A stretch of DNA of 63,364 bases, counting the filler. It is 3 parts of 3 records of this genome, joined end to end, with 100 filler letters (N's around TTAATTAATTAA, not from the genome) between each part and the next. Parts side by side here need not be neighbours in the genome. Positions count along the whole stretch, not along the records: positions 1 to 26,129 come from SRR22947727_1061; positions 26,230 to 54,729 come from SRR22947727_1064; 1 more part is not named here. The stretch is one strand, 5' to 3'. A program made the position numbers and the translations under genes. The notes beneath the pieces are model-generated. The model did no database searches and had not been told where the DNA came from. It saw only the letters and a program-made list of their open reading frames with translations. Numbering within the stretch: position 1 is the stretch's first letter; each line of letters begins with the position of its first letter. Shown here in pieces: positions 18,992 to 29,458 of the stretch.

Positions 18992-20618
18992 ACATATTTG
19001 CATAATTTGGACCACCTGCTCCTTCTGGGGTAACCCATGTAATATTTTGAGAAGGCTCTTTAATATCACATGTCTTACAATGTATACAGTTCTGTGCGTT
19101 GATAACAAATTTGGGATTATTTTGATCGGATTTATCAAACTCATACACACCTGCTGGACAATATCTTTGAGCGGGTTCATCATATTCATTTAATGTGTAA
19201 TTAATTGGTAAGTCTGAGTCTTTTAATTTTAAATGAACGGGTTGATCAGCTTCATGATTAGTACCTGTTAAGTAAACTGAGCTAGTTTTATCAAAAGTTA
19301 TTTCCCCATCATATTTGGGATAATCAATTCTTTTTGCTTTATTGGCTGGTATTAACCTTTCATGATCAGCATGAGAATGTTTTAGAGTGAAAGGCAAATA
19401 TCCTCTAAAAAGAATTTGATCTATTCCAGTAAAAATTATTGCAGGTATTAAACTCCATTGAAAACTAGGCTTTACATTTCTTGCTGTATAAAGTTCTTGA
19501 TGTACCCATGATTTTTTAAATTTATTCTCATATTCTGAAAGCGGTTTATTTTTAGAAATAAATTCATTAATTGTTTCAGCGGCAATCATTCCACTTTTCA
19601 TGGCAGTATGAGATCCTTTTATTTTAGGCATATTCAAAGTGCCTGCATCACAACCTATTAATAATGCTCCCGGCATATACATTTTTGGTAAACTTTGGAG
19701 CCCCCCTTCTATCAAAGCTCTTGCTCCATAAGAAATTCTTTTTCCACCTTTAAGTATTTTTGAAATTGCTGGATGAGTTTTAAAACGTTGAAACTCATCA
19801 TAGGGTGATAAATATGGATTTTGATAATCCAGCCCAATTACATATCCAATAAAAATTTGTTTTTTTTCTGCATGGTAACAAAAACTACCTCCATATGTAG
19901 AATTATCTAAAGGCCATCCAGCAGTGTGCATAACCAAACCTTCATCATGTTGATCTTCTGAGATTTCCCAAATTTCTTTAAAGCCTATACCGTATTGCTG
20001 AGGTGATTTATTCGAGTCAAGGTTAAACTTACTAATAACTTCTTTACCTAAATGCCCCCTACAACCCTCCGAAAAAACAGTGACTTTGGCGTTAATAATT
20101 AAACCTGGTTCAAAACTGTCTTTATTATTTCCAGACTTATCAATACCCATATCACCTGTTTGAACACCTATAATTTTATTATCAACATCATAGATTATTT
20201 TAGAAGCAGCAAATCCTGGGAAAATTTCTACTCCTAAATCTTCCGCTTGCGAGGCTAACCATCTACAGAGATTGGCCAAACTAATAATATAATTATTATG
20301 ATTTTTTTGGACACTAGGTAGTAACCATGTAGGCCAACTTAGTGAGCTTTTTTTACCAAGAAATAGAAATTTTTCTTTTTTAACTTTTGTTTTAATTGGA
20401 GCATTTTTTTCTCTCCAATCAGGAATTAATTCATCTAGAGCTCTTGTTTCAAAAACATTACCACTCAAAATATGAGCTCCAACTTCTGATCCCTTTTCTA
20501 AAATACAGATATTTAAATCAGGATTAATTTGTTTTAATTTTATAGAAGTAGATAAACCAGCTGGTCCAGCACCAACAATTACAACATCATACTCCATTGA
20601 CTCTCTTTGAATTTGCAT
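18990..20618 (-). CDS. Electron transfer flavoprotein-ubiquinone oxidoreductase
   Basis: GAGPAGL, EKGSEVGAH.LSG, YCPAGVYE and NCIHCKTCDIK Fe-S motif, PEG.GGPNY. Confidence 0.96.
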   Translation of the reverse strand: MQIQRESMEYDVVIVGAGPAGLSTSIKLKQINPDLNICILEKGSEVGAHILSGNVFETRALDELIPDWREKNAPIKTKVKKEKFLFLGKKSSLSWPTWLLPSVQKNHNNYIISLANLCRWLASQAEDLGVEIFPGFAASKIIYDVDNKIIGVQTGDMGIDKSGNNKDSFEPGLIINAKVTVFSEGCRGHLGKEVISKFNLDSNKSPQQYGIGFKEIWEISEDQHDEGLVMHTAGWPLDNSTYGGSFCYHAEKKQIFIGYVIGLDYQNPYLSPYDEFQRFKTHPAISKILKGGKRISYGARALIEGGLQSLPKMYMPGALLIGCDAGTLNMPKIKGSHTAMKSGMIAAETINEFISKNKPLSEYENKFKKSWVHQELYTARNVKPSFQWSLIPAIIFTGIDQILFRGYLPFTLKHSHADHERLIPANKAKRIDYPKYDGEITFDKTSSVYLTGTNHEADQPVHLKLKDSDLPINYTLNEYDEPAQRYCPAGVYEFDKSDQNNPKFVINAQNCIHCKTCDIKEPSQNITWVTPEGAGGPNYANM

Positions 20619-20658
20619 ACCTTACAATAAAGCTTTTTTATTTTTTTAAAAATAATAT

Positions 20659-21612
20659 TTATTTTTCAATTGAATTTAACTTATCTAATTCAGAAGAAAG
20701 TTGAGGAAGTGCTTCAAATAAATCAGCACTTAGACCATAATCAGCAATGTTAAATATAGGTGCCTCTTCATCTTTATTAATGGCTACAATAATTTTGCTT
20801 TCTTTCATACCAGCAAGATGTTGGATAGCTCCAGATATCCCAACTGCAATATAAAGATCAGGAACAACAACTTTACCTGTTTGACCCACCTGATAATCAT
20901 TGCTTACATATCCTGCATCTACTGCTGCTCTTGAAGCACCAATAGCTGCATTTAATTTGTCAGCAATATCACTAATTAGCTTAAAGTTATCTGCACTTTG
21001 CAATCCCCTTCCTCCAGAAACAACAATTCTTGCAGTACTTAATTCTGGTCTATCAGATTTAGATTCCTCTCTATCAAGAAATTCTGTAAATGTTTCAGAT
21101 GACTCAAAATTTATAGCCTCAACAATTCCAGAACCACCGTCTTTAGCAACAACATCAAACGAAGTTGGTCGCACAGTAATAACTTTCTTGGCATCATTTG
21201 ATTTTACAGTAGCAAGTGCATTTCCGGCATAAATAGGTCTTATAAAAGTATCTTCACTCTCAATACTTATCACATCACTTATTTGTGCAACATCCAATTT
21301 TACAGCCACTCTCGGCATAACATTCTTTCCAAATGTAGTTGCAGGTGCAAAAATATGAGAATATTTCTCTGCTATAGAAACAATAACGGGATCAATTTTT
21401 TCAGCTATTGCGTGTTCAAAGTTTTTATTATCCAAAGAAATTACTTTTGAGACATGTTGATAGTTTGAAATTTCTTTCGCAATATTTTCAATATCAGACC
21501 CTATAACCAAAACATCAATTTCATTACCTACTTTTGATGCAGCACTAATTGTATTTAATGTTGATGATTTAACTTCTGAATTATTGTTCTCTGATAATAT
21601 TAAAATGCTCAT
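20659..21612 (-). CDS. etfA: Electron transfer flavoprotein alpha subunit
   Basis: [37 protein letters not shown]. Confidence 0.97.
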   Translation of the reverse strand: MSILILSENNNSEVKSSTLNTISAASKVGNEIDVLVIGSDIENIAKEISNYQHVSKVISLDNKNFEHAIAEKIDPVIVSIAEKYSHIFAPATTFGKNVMPRVAVKLDVAQISDVISIESEDTFIRPIYAGNALATVKSNDAKKVITVRPTSFDVVAKDGGSGIVEAINFESSETFTEFLDREESKSDRPELSTARIVVSGGRGLQSADNFKLISDIADKLNAAIGASRAAVDAGYVSNDYQVGQTGKVVVPDLYIAVGISGAIQHLAGMKESKIIVAINKDEEAPIFNIADYGLSADLFEALPQLSSELDKLNSIEK

Positions 21613-22358
21613 ATAACTTTAGCCTCATATTTTAATTTTTGAACTAATTCAGCAACATCCGCAACCATAACTCCCTTTTGTCTAGTTGGTGGTTCAGATA
21701 TTTTTATATTTTCGATCCTCGGCTTAATATCGACTCCTAATTCTTCAGCTGATTTAATATCAATTGGTTTCTTTTTTGCTTTCATAATATTTGGTAAAGA
21801 AGCATACCTTGGTTCATTTAGTCTTAAATCACATGATGCAATGAAAGGCATATTGACTTTAACTCTCTCAAGCCCTTCGTCAATTTCTCTTGTTACTATT
21901 GCTGTATTTTCTTCGATATCAATTTTTGAAGCAAATGTCGCCTGTGGCCAATTTAATAGAGCGCTAGTCATTTGAGCTGTCTGATTAGAGTCATCATCTA
22001 TTGCCTGCTTACCCATTAATATCAAACCTGGTTTTTCAGCTTCTACAATTTTACAAATTAACTTTGATACTGATAAAGGCTCAATATCATCAGTGGCTTT
22101 TACTAATATTCCTCTATCAGCTCCCATGGCAAGTGCTGTGCGAATAGTTTCTTGACATTTTTCCTCGCCAATTGATAAAATTATTATTTCATCAGCTTTT
22201 CCAGCTTCTTTAATTCTTAGAGCTTCCTCTACTGCATTTTCATCAGGAGGATTCATTGACATTTTTACATTTTCTTTTTCAACACCAGAGTTATCTGCTT
22301 TAACTCTTACCTGCACATTATAATCTATTACTCTTTTTACCGTAACTAAGATTTTCAT
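21609..22358 (-). CDS. etfB: Electron transfer flavoprotein beta subunit
   Basis: [39 protein letters not shown]. Confidence 0.97.
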   Translation of the reverse strand: MKILVTVKRVIDYNVQVRVKADNSGVEKENVKMSMNPPDENAVEEALRIKEAGKADEIIILSIGEEKCQETIRTALAMGADRGILVKATDDIEPLSVSKLICKIVEAEKPGLILMGKQAIDDDSNQTAQMTSALLNWPQATFASKIDIEENTAIVTREIDEGLERVKVNMPFIASCDLRLNEPRYASLPNIMKAKKKPIDIKSAEELGVDIKPRIENIKISEPPTRQKGVMVADVAELVQKLKYEAKVI

Positions 22359-22361
22359 ATA

Positions 22362-24797
22362 TTAAGCTCTGATTTTTTCATTCATAGAATCATATGGACT
22401 GTCTTCAATAATAACAACTTTATGTTTTTTATCTAAAATATCCATTTCTAATTCCGTTCCAACTTTACTAAATTCAGGTTTCACCATAGCAATTGCAAGA
22501 GATTTTTTCACCCTAAATCCATAGTTACCTCCTGTCGCACGTCCAATCACTTTATCATCACTATAAATAGCATTATTGCCTAAAGCATCAGCATCATTAA
22601 TATCAAAAACTTCCAAGGTAACCATTTTATTGTCAAACCCATCTTGTTGCCACTTCACCAGAGCATCCCTGCCAATAAAATTACCTTTGTTTAAATGCAC
22701 AAATCTATCAAGACCAGATTCATAAGCTGCATACTCAATAGACATTTCTGTGCCTACTAGTTTATAACTCTTTTCTATTCTTAAACTATCCATTGCTCTA
22801 ATTCCAAAAGGCTTTATACTAAATTCTTCTCCAGTCTCCATAAGTCTATCGAATATATGGTTTTGATACTCAATTGGATGGTGAAGTTCCCAACCTAGTT
22901 CACCAACAAAATTCATTCTCATAGCAATAGAAGGAGCTAGGCCAACATCTATTTTTTGTGCAGATAACCATGGAAAGGCTTTATTCGAAAAATCAGCATT
23001 AGAAATTTTATTAAGCAAGTCTCTTGATTTTGGTCCAGCCACAACAAGAACACCTATGCTATTTGTAAGATTTTCAAAAGTAACCGATCTATCATTTGGC
23101 ATCCATTTTTTTATCCAATCATGATCAAGTCTTTGGAAAGCTCCAGCTGAAACTAAATAAAAAGAGTCATCTGATTCTTTTGCTATTGTGAACTCTGAAT
23201 GAACACCCCCCTTACTATTTAACGCATGGCATAAATTAACTCTTCCATTTTTTTGAGGGAGTTTATTTGCTACTAAATAATCAAGAAAATCTTTTGCGCC
23301 TGGCCCTGATATTCTGCACTTAGCGAATGCCGTCATATCAAGAATTCCTACATTATTTTGAACATTTAAACATTCGTTGCCTACATGATTAAACCAGTTA
23401 GACCTTCTAAAAGACCAATCATCAATTTGCTCAACACCTTTTGGAGCAAACCAGTTGGCTCTTTCCCAGCCAAATTTTTGACCGAACACGGCCCCAAGAT
23501 CTTTTAGTCTATCATAGCATGGGGCTTGTCTTAAAGGCCTTCCTGCTTCTCTCTCCTCATCAGGGTAATGAGTTGTAAAAACATTTGCGTACGCTTCTTC
23601 ATTTTTTTCAATCAGATATGATTTAGTTGCATAATCGCCAAAACGTCTCGGATCTACCCCGAGCATATCAATAGTAGGCTCACCATCAACTATCCATTCG
23701 GCTAGTTGCCAGCCTGCGCCTCCTGCAGCTGTAATTCCAAAACTATGACCTTCATTTATCCAGAAATTTTTCAAACCCCAAGCTGGTCCCACAATAGGAC
23801 TTCCATCAGGGGTATAACAAATAGCTCCATTATAAACTTTTTTTACTCCCACTTCACCAAACACTGGCACTCTATGAATTGCAGATTCTATATGTGGTTC
23901 AATTCTCTCGATATCTTCTTGAAATAATTCAAACTCCGAGTTTTGACTTGGGCCATCTACATAACATGCTGGAGCTCCTTTTTCATATGGACCAAGGATT
24001 AACCCTCCTCTTTCTTCTCTCATATACCACGAACTATCTGAGTCACGGAGAACTCCCATTTCGGGTAAACCTTTCTCTTTTCTTTTTTGTATTTCAGGAT
24101 GAGGCTCAGTTACTATGTATTGATGCTCTACAGGTATAACTGGAATGTCCAATCCAACCATGTTTCCAGTTTGTCTAGCAAAATTTCCAGTACAAGAAAT
24201 CACATGTTCACATTCGATATTGCCTTTGTCAGTTTCTACAACCCACATTTCATTATCTAATTGATTAATGTCAGTTACATTTGTATTTCTATAAATTTCA
24301 GCACCTTTATCTCTAGCCCCTTTTGCCAAAGCTTGGGTTAAATCAGCTGGCTGTATGTAGCCATCTTCTGGGTGCTGAATTGCTCCAATTAATCCATCCG
24401 TGTTACATAAAGGCCATATTTCTTTAACTTCATCTGGAGTTAAGAAATTTACTTTAACGCCTATTGTTTTGGCAACAGCAGCATATTGGTGATACTCATC
24501 CATACGATCTTGTGTGGTAGCTAGTCGAATATTGCTTACAACACTAAAGCCAACATTTTGACCTGTTTCTTCTTCCAAAGTTTTATAAAAATTTACAGCA
24601 TATTTATGAAGTTGGCCAACTGAATAACTCATATTGAACAGTGGGAGAAGACCTGCCGCATGCCATGTTGATCCTGATGTAAGTTCTTTTCTTTCAATTA
24701 GAACAACATCACTCCATCCTTTTTTTGCCAGATGATATAGAACGCTAACACCAACAACACCTCCACCTACGACGACTACTTTTGCTTTTGCTTTCAT
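22362..24797 (-). CDS. Dimethylglycine/sarcosine dehydrogenase-family flavoprotein (FAD oxidoreductase + GcvT domain)
   Basis: GGGVVG, LTSGSTWHAAG (covalent-FAD His), GWERANWF, GELGWELH, SLRIEKSY; upstream of etfBA. Confidence 0.9.
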   Translation of the reverse strand: MKAKAKVVVVGGGVVGVSVLYHLAKKGWSDVVLIERKELTSGSTWHAAGLLPLFNMSYSVGQLHKYAVNFYKTLEEETGQNVGFSVVSNIRLATTQDRMDEYHQYAAVAKTIGVKVNFLTPDEVKEIWPLCNTDGLIGAIQHPEDGYIQPADLTQALAKGARDKGAEIYRNTNVTDINQLDNEMWVVETDKGNIECEHVISCTGNFARQTGNMVGLDIPVIPVEHQYIVTEPHPEIQKRKEKGLPEMGVLRDSDSSWYMREERGGLILGPYEKGAPACYVDGPSQNSEFELFQEDIERIEPHIESAIHRVPVFGEVGVKKVYNGAICYTPDGSPIVGPAWGLKNFWINEGHSFGITAAGGAGWQLAEWIVDGEPTIDMLGVDPRRFGDYATKSYLIEKNEEAYANVFTTHYPDEEREAGRPLRQAPCYDRLKDLGAVFGQKFGWERANWFAPKGVEQIDDWSFRRSNWFNHVGNECLNVQNNVGILDMTAFAKCRISGPGAKDFLDYLVANKLPQKNGRVNLCHALNSKGGVHSEFTIAKESDDSFYLVSAGAFQRLDHDWIKKWMPNDRSVTFENLTNSIGVLVVAGPKSRDLLNKISNADFSNKAFPWLSAQKIDVGLAPSIAMRMNFVGELGWELHHPIEYQNHIFDRLMETGEEFSIKPFGIRAMDSLRIEKSYKLVGTEMSIEYAAYESGLDRFVHLNKGNFIGRDALVKWQQDGFDNKMVTLEVFDINDADALGNNAIYSDDKVIGRATGGNYGFRVKKSLAIAMVKPEFSKVGTELEMDILDKKHKVVIIEDSPYDSMNEKIRA

Positions 24798-24860
24798 ATA
24801 AATTAAATCTCCAAAAAAATGCTGTACTTTCTAAATCATATTAAATAGATTGGGTCAATC

Positions 24861-25481
24861 ATGCGTTATTATCTTGCAAAATTTTCTGTGTTTATTTTTC
24901 TTATGTTGCCAAGCAATGTTTTGTCTAGTGATATTACTCTTAATGAATTATTTTTTGACGACACTAAGCCATACTATCTAAAAATATTAGATGCAATTCC
25001 ACAAGTTGGCATTCTTGCAATTGGACCTGAAGATGCTGAAAATACAGTAATTGAATTTATGGATTATTTTTGTGGGTATTGTAAAAAAATTCATCCAGAA
25101 CTTATGTCTCTAATTGAAAAACGTGATGATATAAGAGTAGTATTTCTGCAACATCCTATATTAAGTGAAAGTTCAAATATTATTGCAAAAATGGTCGTAG
25201 CTGCAAATTTACAAGGTAAAGGAATGGAACTTCATCATGGCTTATTTTCTTTATCAGGAAGTATAACACAAGAAAAACTTGAGCAAGTTATTACCGAAGT
25301 AGAAATCAATAAAACTAAGCTTATGATTGATATTGGGAAAGATGAAATTAACAATGTCGTAAAATTATCTTCTTTTCTAGCTATGGGTTCAGGCGCTAGA
25401 GGTACTCCAGCAATATTTATAAACGAAGAGTTTGTTGGGGGTTATATACCACTTGATAAATTAGAAAGTTTGTTAAAATAA
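24861..25481 (+). CDS. DsbA/ScsC-like thiol-disulfide oxidoreductase
   Basis: Signal peptide, EFMDYFCGYCK (CxxC), cis-Pro motif GTPA. Confidence 0.85.
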   Translation: MRYYLAKFSVFIFLMLPSNVLSSDITLNELFFDDTKPYYLKILDAIPQVGILAIGPEDAENTVIEFMDYFCGYCKKIHPELMSLIEKRDDIRVVFLQHPILSESSNIIAKMVVAANLQGKGMELHHGLFSLSGSITQEKLEQVITEVEINKTKLMIDIGKDEINNVVKLSSFLAMGSGARGTPAIFINEEFVGGYIPLDKLESLLK

Positions 25482-25505
25482 AGCGCCTCTAAAAAGAAGC
25501 GCTTT
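25480..25505 (-). terminator. Hairpin terminator between convergent genes
   Basis: AAAGCGC.TCT-AAAA-AGA.GCGCTTT; the mismatch is a U-G wobble on the minus strand, which is followed by a U-rich tail. Confidence 0.65.
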
Positions 25506-25519
25506 GAGAATATTTTGTC

Positions 25520-26128
25520 TTACTCGTTTGCTCCTGAGACTTCTCTTGTATTAGCATTAAATGACTCAGTGAAAGGCACTGATACTACTTCAGCATCTAC
25601 AGGAACACCTGGTGTATCACAGTATTGATCAGGAAGATGAACTTTATATTTAGTCCCAACTTTACCAATAGGAAAACCATTTTTACTCAATGAACCATCA
25701 TATGGTACATATCCCATCGCAATATTTCTTCCTTGCTCTGGATGATACCAAGGTGAAGTAATAAAGCCACATGGATCTTTTCCGTCTTCAGAAATTAACC
25801 AAAAATCAGGTGCATATTCTTCAATAGGTTTTCCGCCTAAAGATAATCCAACAAGCTGTAATTGATAAGGTTTATTTCCCGCTCTCAAGTCATCTCTCAT
25901 TTTCTCAAGAACTTCTTTTCCAACATAATCAGCTGTTTTGTTCCACTCACCTTTTCCAGATAGAGATACTTGATATCCTAAATTACATTGAAAAGGATTG
26001 TGTTGATTATCCATATCTTGACCCCATGACAGAATACCTGCTTGAATTCTTCTATGATGAGCAGGTGCAATAACCATTAAGTTATGTTTTTTTCCTGCTT
26101 CAAGAACAGCATTCCACATATCATCAGC
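25520..26128 (-). CDS. GcvT-family aminomethyltransferase-like protein, 5' truncated at contig end
   Basis: RRIQAGILSWGQDM, DYVGK, ITSPWYHP....NIAMGY; frame stays open up to the N-run. Confidence 0.8.
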   Translation of the reverse strand, partial: ADDMWNAVLEAGKKHNLMVIAPAHHRRIQAGILSWGQDMDNQHNPFQCNLGYQVSLSGKGEWNKTADYVGKEVLEKMRDDLRAGNKPYQLQLVGLSLGGKPIEEYAPDFWLISEDGKDPCGFITSPWYHPEQGRNIAMGYVPYDGSLSKNGFPIGKVGTKYKVHLPDQYCDTPGVPVDAEVVSVPFTESFNANTREVSGANE

Positions 26129-26129
26129 A

Positions 26130-26229
26130 NNNNNNNNNNNNNNNNNNNNNNNNNNNNNNNNNNNNNNNNNNNNTTAATTAATTAANNNNNNNNNNNNNNN
26201 NNNNNNNNNNNNNNNNNNNNNNNNNNNNN
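26130..26229. other. Artificial contig-joining spacer
   Basis: N44-TTAATTAATTAA-N44; stops in all six frames; identical to 54730-54829. Confidence 0.97.
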
Positions 26230-27403
26230 TAAAAGTTGGTCTTTTATTATCTTCTCTTTTCCTACTAATGGATTTCTTAGAACTTTTATTTTTTGACTTA
26301 TGTTGACTTTTAATATGCTTTTCAGGATTAAGTATTTTTTGAATTTCCTTCCATTTAGAAAAATCTCCTTTTGTAACAAAACTAAGTGCCACACCTTTAG
26401 AACCTGCTCTAGCAGTTCGACCTATGCGATGAATAAAATCCTCTGCCATTTGTGGTAAATCATAGTTTATTACGTGCTCTATGTGAGGCACATCTATACC
26501 TCTTGCAGCAACGTCAGTTGCGATTAAAATTCTAAATTTCATATCTCTAAAATTTTTCATTATTGTATTTCTTTTACTTTGTCGCAAACCTCCATGAAGT
26601 GGGAAGGATTTAATTTTACTTCTTGAAAGTGCCTTAGATAATTTTTCAGTTCCGTATTTAGTTTTAACAAAAATTAGAATTGAACCGCTACGAGTATTGA
26701 TTTGATTGATTAGTTCATCTAGTTTTTCATCAGACTTTAATTCAATAGTTTCCTGCTTGATATTCTTAGCAACAGTATTTGATTCTCCAACAGATATACG
26801 AACTGGATCATTTAAGTATTTTGATGATAATTTAAGAATATTATTTGGAATAGTTGCAGAAAACATTAGAACTTGCTTACTTAAAGGTAAGAATTTTATA
26901 ATTTTATTTATCTGAACCTCAAAACCCATATCAAGCATTCTATCAGTTTCGTCCAATACTAAATACTTTGTGTCATGAAGATTTAAAGTTCCTCTTTGTA
27001 AATGGTCATTTATTCTTCCTGGTGTCCCTACATAAATTCTTGGTCTTTTTTTTAATTCTGATAATTGCTTACTCATTGACTCACCCCCAATTAATGTAGC
27101 TGTATTAATTGAACTTTTAAAACCAAGTAATGAATTTATAACATCTAAAACCTGTTTAGCTAATTCCCTTGTTGGTATCATGATCAGTAGAGACCCTCTA
27201 GGTGACTTCATCAGTAATTCTAATATTGGTATACAAAAAGCAGCAGTTTTACCGGTACCTGTTTGTGCAGAACCTAAAATATCCTTACCTTGTAATATTA
27301 ATGGTATAGATTTTTCTTGGATAGGAGTTGGGCTAGTAAAATTAATATTCTTAAGAGATTTATTAAGAACCTCATTAAGATTATACTTTGAAAATAATGT
27401 CAT
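26230..27403 (-). CDS. DEAD-box RNA helicase (RhlE-like), 3' truncated at contig end
   Basis: PTPIQ, AQTGTGKT, PTRELA, TPGR, DETD, SAT, ATDVAARGID, HRIGRTARAG. Confidence 0.93.
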
Positions 27404-27526
27404 ATTTTATAATAAATTAACTAAATCAAAATTTTAGAATTTAAAAAAAACGACGATTGAGTAAATTTATGATGGGTATAACGATAATATAAATTTATTC
27501 AAATACTATTAAAATTTGATTTAAAG

Positions 27527-28207
27527 CTATGTCTGCTTAACTCCCGTAGGATGAGGTTTCCCATTAATGATTAATTTAGGCTCAATACTAACATCAATCA
27601 ATTTTGGTCTATTATTTAAATAATTGGCCACTGAGAAGATTTCGGAAATATCATAGATAAATTTTTCAAGCCTTGGAAAATTAACTATTAGTGTTTCATC
27701 AAGTTTTTTAGATAAATCTAGGTGATGAAAAACAGCAAAATCACAAGCGTGGGGCTTATCATCAATAAAAAATTTTTTTCCACTTGAGTGTAAAGCTCTA
27801 TCAAAATCATCAAATCTTGACATAAGCATAGGCTTCATCATATCTCTTTTTTCTATAAAATTTTCACCTGTAGCAAAGTTGACTGTAGGATTTAATGGTG
27901 CAAATAATTCTTGGGCACTTTGCAAAATTGCATCTGCTTTCGCTGATTGAATCTGATCTTTGATCTCTATCCCAGCAATTTTTTCAATATAATTTAGTAT
28001 AGCTATACTTTGAGCCACCTCATGCTTATCATCAATTATTAAAATAGGCAGTTGTTTAAAAGAAACCTTAGGTTTGGCAATAGACCAATCTTCGCCATAA
28101 TATTCCCACGACATTAAATCTTCAAATTCAATACCAGTGTAATGAAAAAGTATTCTTGGAGCTTCAGCTAATGCTCTCATCTTAAAATATATCAGTTTTA
28201 AATTCAT
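27527..28207 (-). CDS. Glutathione S-transferase (Tyr-type, sigma-like)
   Basis: LIYF..RA.AE..R, QLP.L, AQSIAI..Y, C-terminal NYL..RP. Confidence 0.85.
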   Translation of the reverse strand: MNLKLIYFKMRALAEAPRILFHYTGIEFEDLMSWEYYGEDWSIAKPKVSFKQLPILIIDDKHEVAQSIAILNYIEKIAGIEIKDQIQSAKADAILQSAQELFAPLNPTVNFATGENFIEKRDMMKPMLMSRFDDFDRALHSSGKKFFIDDKPHACDFAVFHHLDLSKKLDETLIVNFPRLEKFIYDISEIFSVANYLNNRPKLIDVSIEPKLIINGKPHPTGVKQT

Positions 28208-28254
28208 TTATTATTAATTATATATTTTAAAAAAATTAAAAGTTAAGTTTTAAT

Positions 28255-29427
28255 TTACCAAGCAGCAGTATAAATATTGAATGCATCTTCCTCTGTAACT
28301 TCACGAGGATTATTGACTAATAATCTAGTTTGTTTCATTGATTCTTTTGCCATCTTAACACAAGCTTCTTTAGGTATATCAAGTTCTCTAAGTTTGGATG
28401 GTAAATTAAGTAATGAAGATAAATTTTCTAGCCTATCTATGAAATCATTACATATGATTTTAGTACTTGTGTTTTGATTAATATCTTTAAATACAAAAGG
28501 TGCAAGAAAAGCATATTGATCACAAGCTTTAGCATTAGTAGAATTAAATTTCAGAACATGAGGTAAAACAAGAGAGTTCGATAAACCATGAGGAATATCA
28601 AATATCCCGCCAATAGGATAGGCAAGAGCATGAACAGCAGCTACTGGAGAATTAGCAAAAGCCTGGCCTGCCATCATTGAACCTAAAAGCATATTGCTTC
28701 TTGCCTCTATATTGTGACCATCAAATACTGCAGTTTCTATCGAAGTTCCTAAAAGTTTTAAAGATTCAATAGCAAGTAATTTTGATATTGGATTATTGTT
28801 CTGATTATTGGAAGTATATGATTCAATTGCATGAACCATTGCATCAATACCAGTAGCCGCAGTAATAGCACTTGGCAAACTTAATGTTAGTTCAGGATCA
28901 AGGACAGCAAGATCAGGTAATATGATTGGGGATGATACTCCTTTTTTTTGATCATCCTCTATCGTTATAATTGATATTGGCGTTACTTCTGACCCAGTTC
29001 CTGCTGTTGTTGGAATTAATATTAAAGGCAATCTTGGCCCTTTAGCGTTCCCTACCCCCCAAATATTTTCAATATCTTGTTCAGTTCCTATTAATAAAGA
29101 AACTAATTTGGCTATATCCATAGATGAACCTCCTCCAAAACCTAAGATACCTGTTGGTTTGAAGGTTTTTGCCCTCTCTAATACCTTTATAAGTGTTTTT
29201 TTTGATGGGTCAGATTCTACATCATCAAAAACTTCCAAATTTGAAGATTTAGAAAGCTCATTAATGATGGGTTTATTTAATCCAATTTTGGTAAGATCCG
29301 CATCAGTGATTAAAAATATATTATCTCCAAGCTTATCAATAATTCTATCACAAGAGCTGACTGAGGACCCTTTTCCAAATATCATTCCAGGTGTTGTATT
29401 GAAATTAAAATCGTTCATTTTAAACAC
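28255..29427 (-). CDS. Iron-containing alcohol dehydrogenase
   Basis: GFGGGSSMD.AK, PTTAGTGSEVT, DAMVHAIE, HALAYP, PHGLSN; the ATG at 29418 may be the real start. Confidence 0.92.
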   Translation of the reverse strand: MFKMNDFNFNTTPGMIFGKGSSVSSCDRIIDKLGDNIFLITDADLTKIGLNKPIINELSKSSNLEVFDDVESDPSKKTLIKVLERAKTFKPTGILGFGGGSSMDIAKLVSLLIGTEQDIENIWGVGNAKGPRLPLILIPTTAGTGSEVTPISIITIEDDQKKGVSSPIILPDLAVLDPELTLSLPSAITAATGIDAMVHAIESYTSNNQNNNPISKLLAIESLKLLGTSIETAVFDGHNIEARSNMLLGSMMAGQAFANSPVAAVHALAYPIGGIFDIPHGLSNSLVLPHVLKFNSTNAKACDQYAFLAPFVFKDINQNTSTKIICNDFIDRLENLSSLLNLPSKLRELDIPKEACVKMAKESMKQTRLLVNNPREVTEEDAFNIYTAAW

Positions 29428-29458
29428 ACAATATAATTTATAGAGTTTATATTAAATA

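Noticed and set aside
18929-19189. 86-aa minus-strand ORF overlapping the ETF-QO 3' end and the sRNA candidate
   Set aside because: Alternative frame inside a well-conserved gene, no recognisable motif or SD.
25520-26128. Calling the GcvT-family fragment dmdA or gcvT
   Set aside because: Only the C-terminal part is present and its motifs do not match either as I recall them.
26130-26229. TTAATTAATTAA palindrome flanked by N runs (repeated at 54730-54829)
   Set aside because: Assembly linker with six-frame stops, not a biological repeat. ORF ends reading XXX-LIN and the truncated genes beside it are artefacts, not pseudogenes.
26945-26960. DETD instead of DEAD in helicase motif II
   Set aside because: DExD variant with all other motifs intact; not evidence of inactivation.
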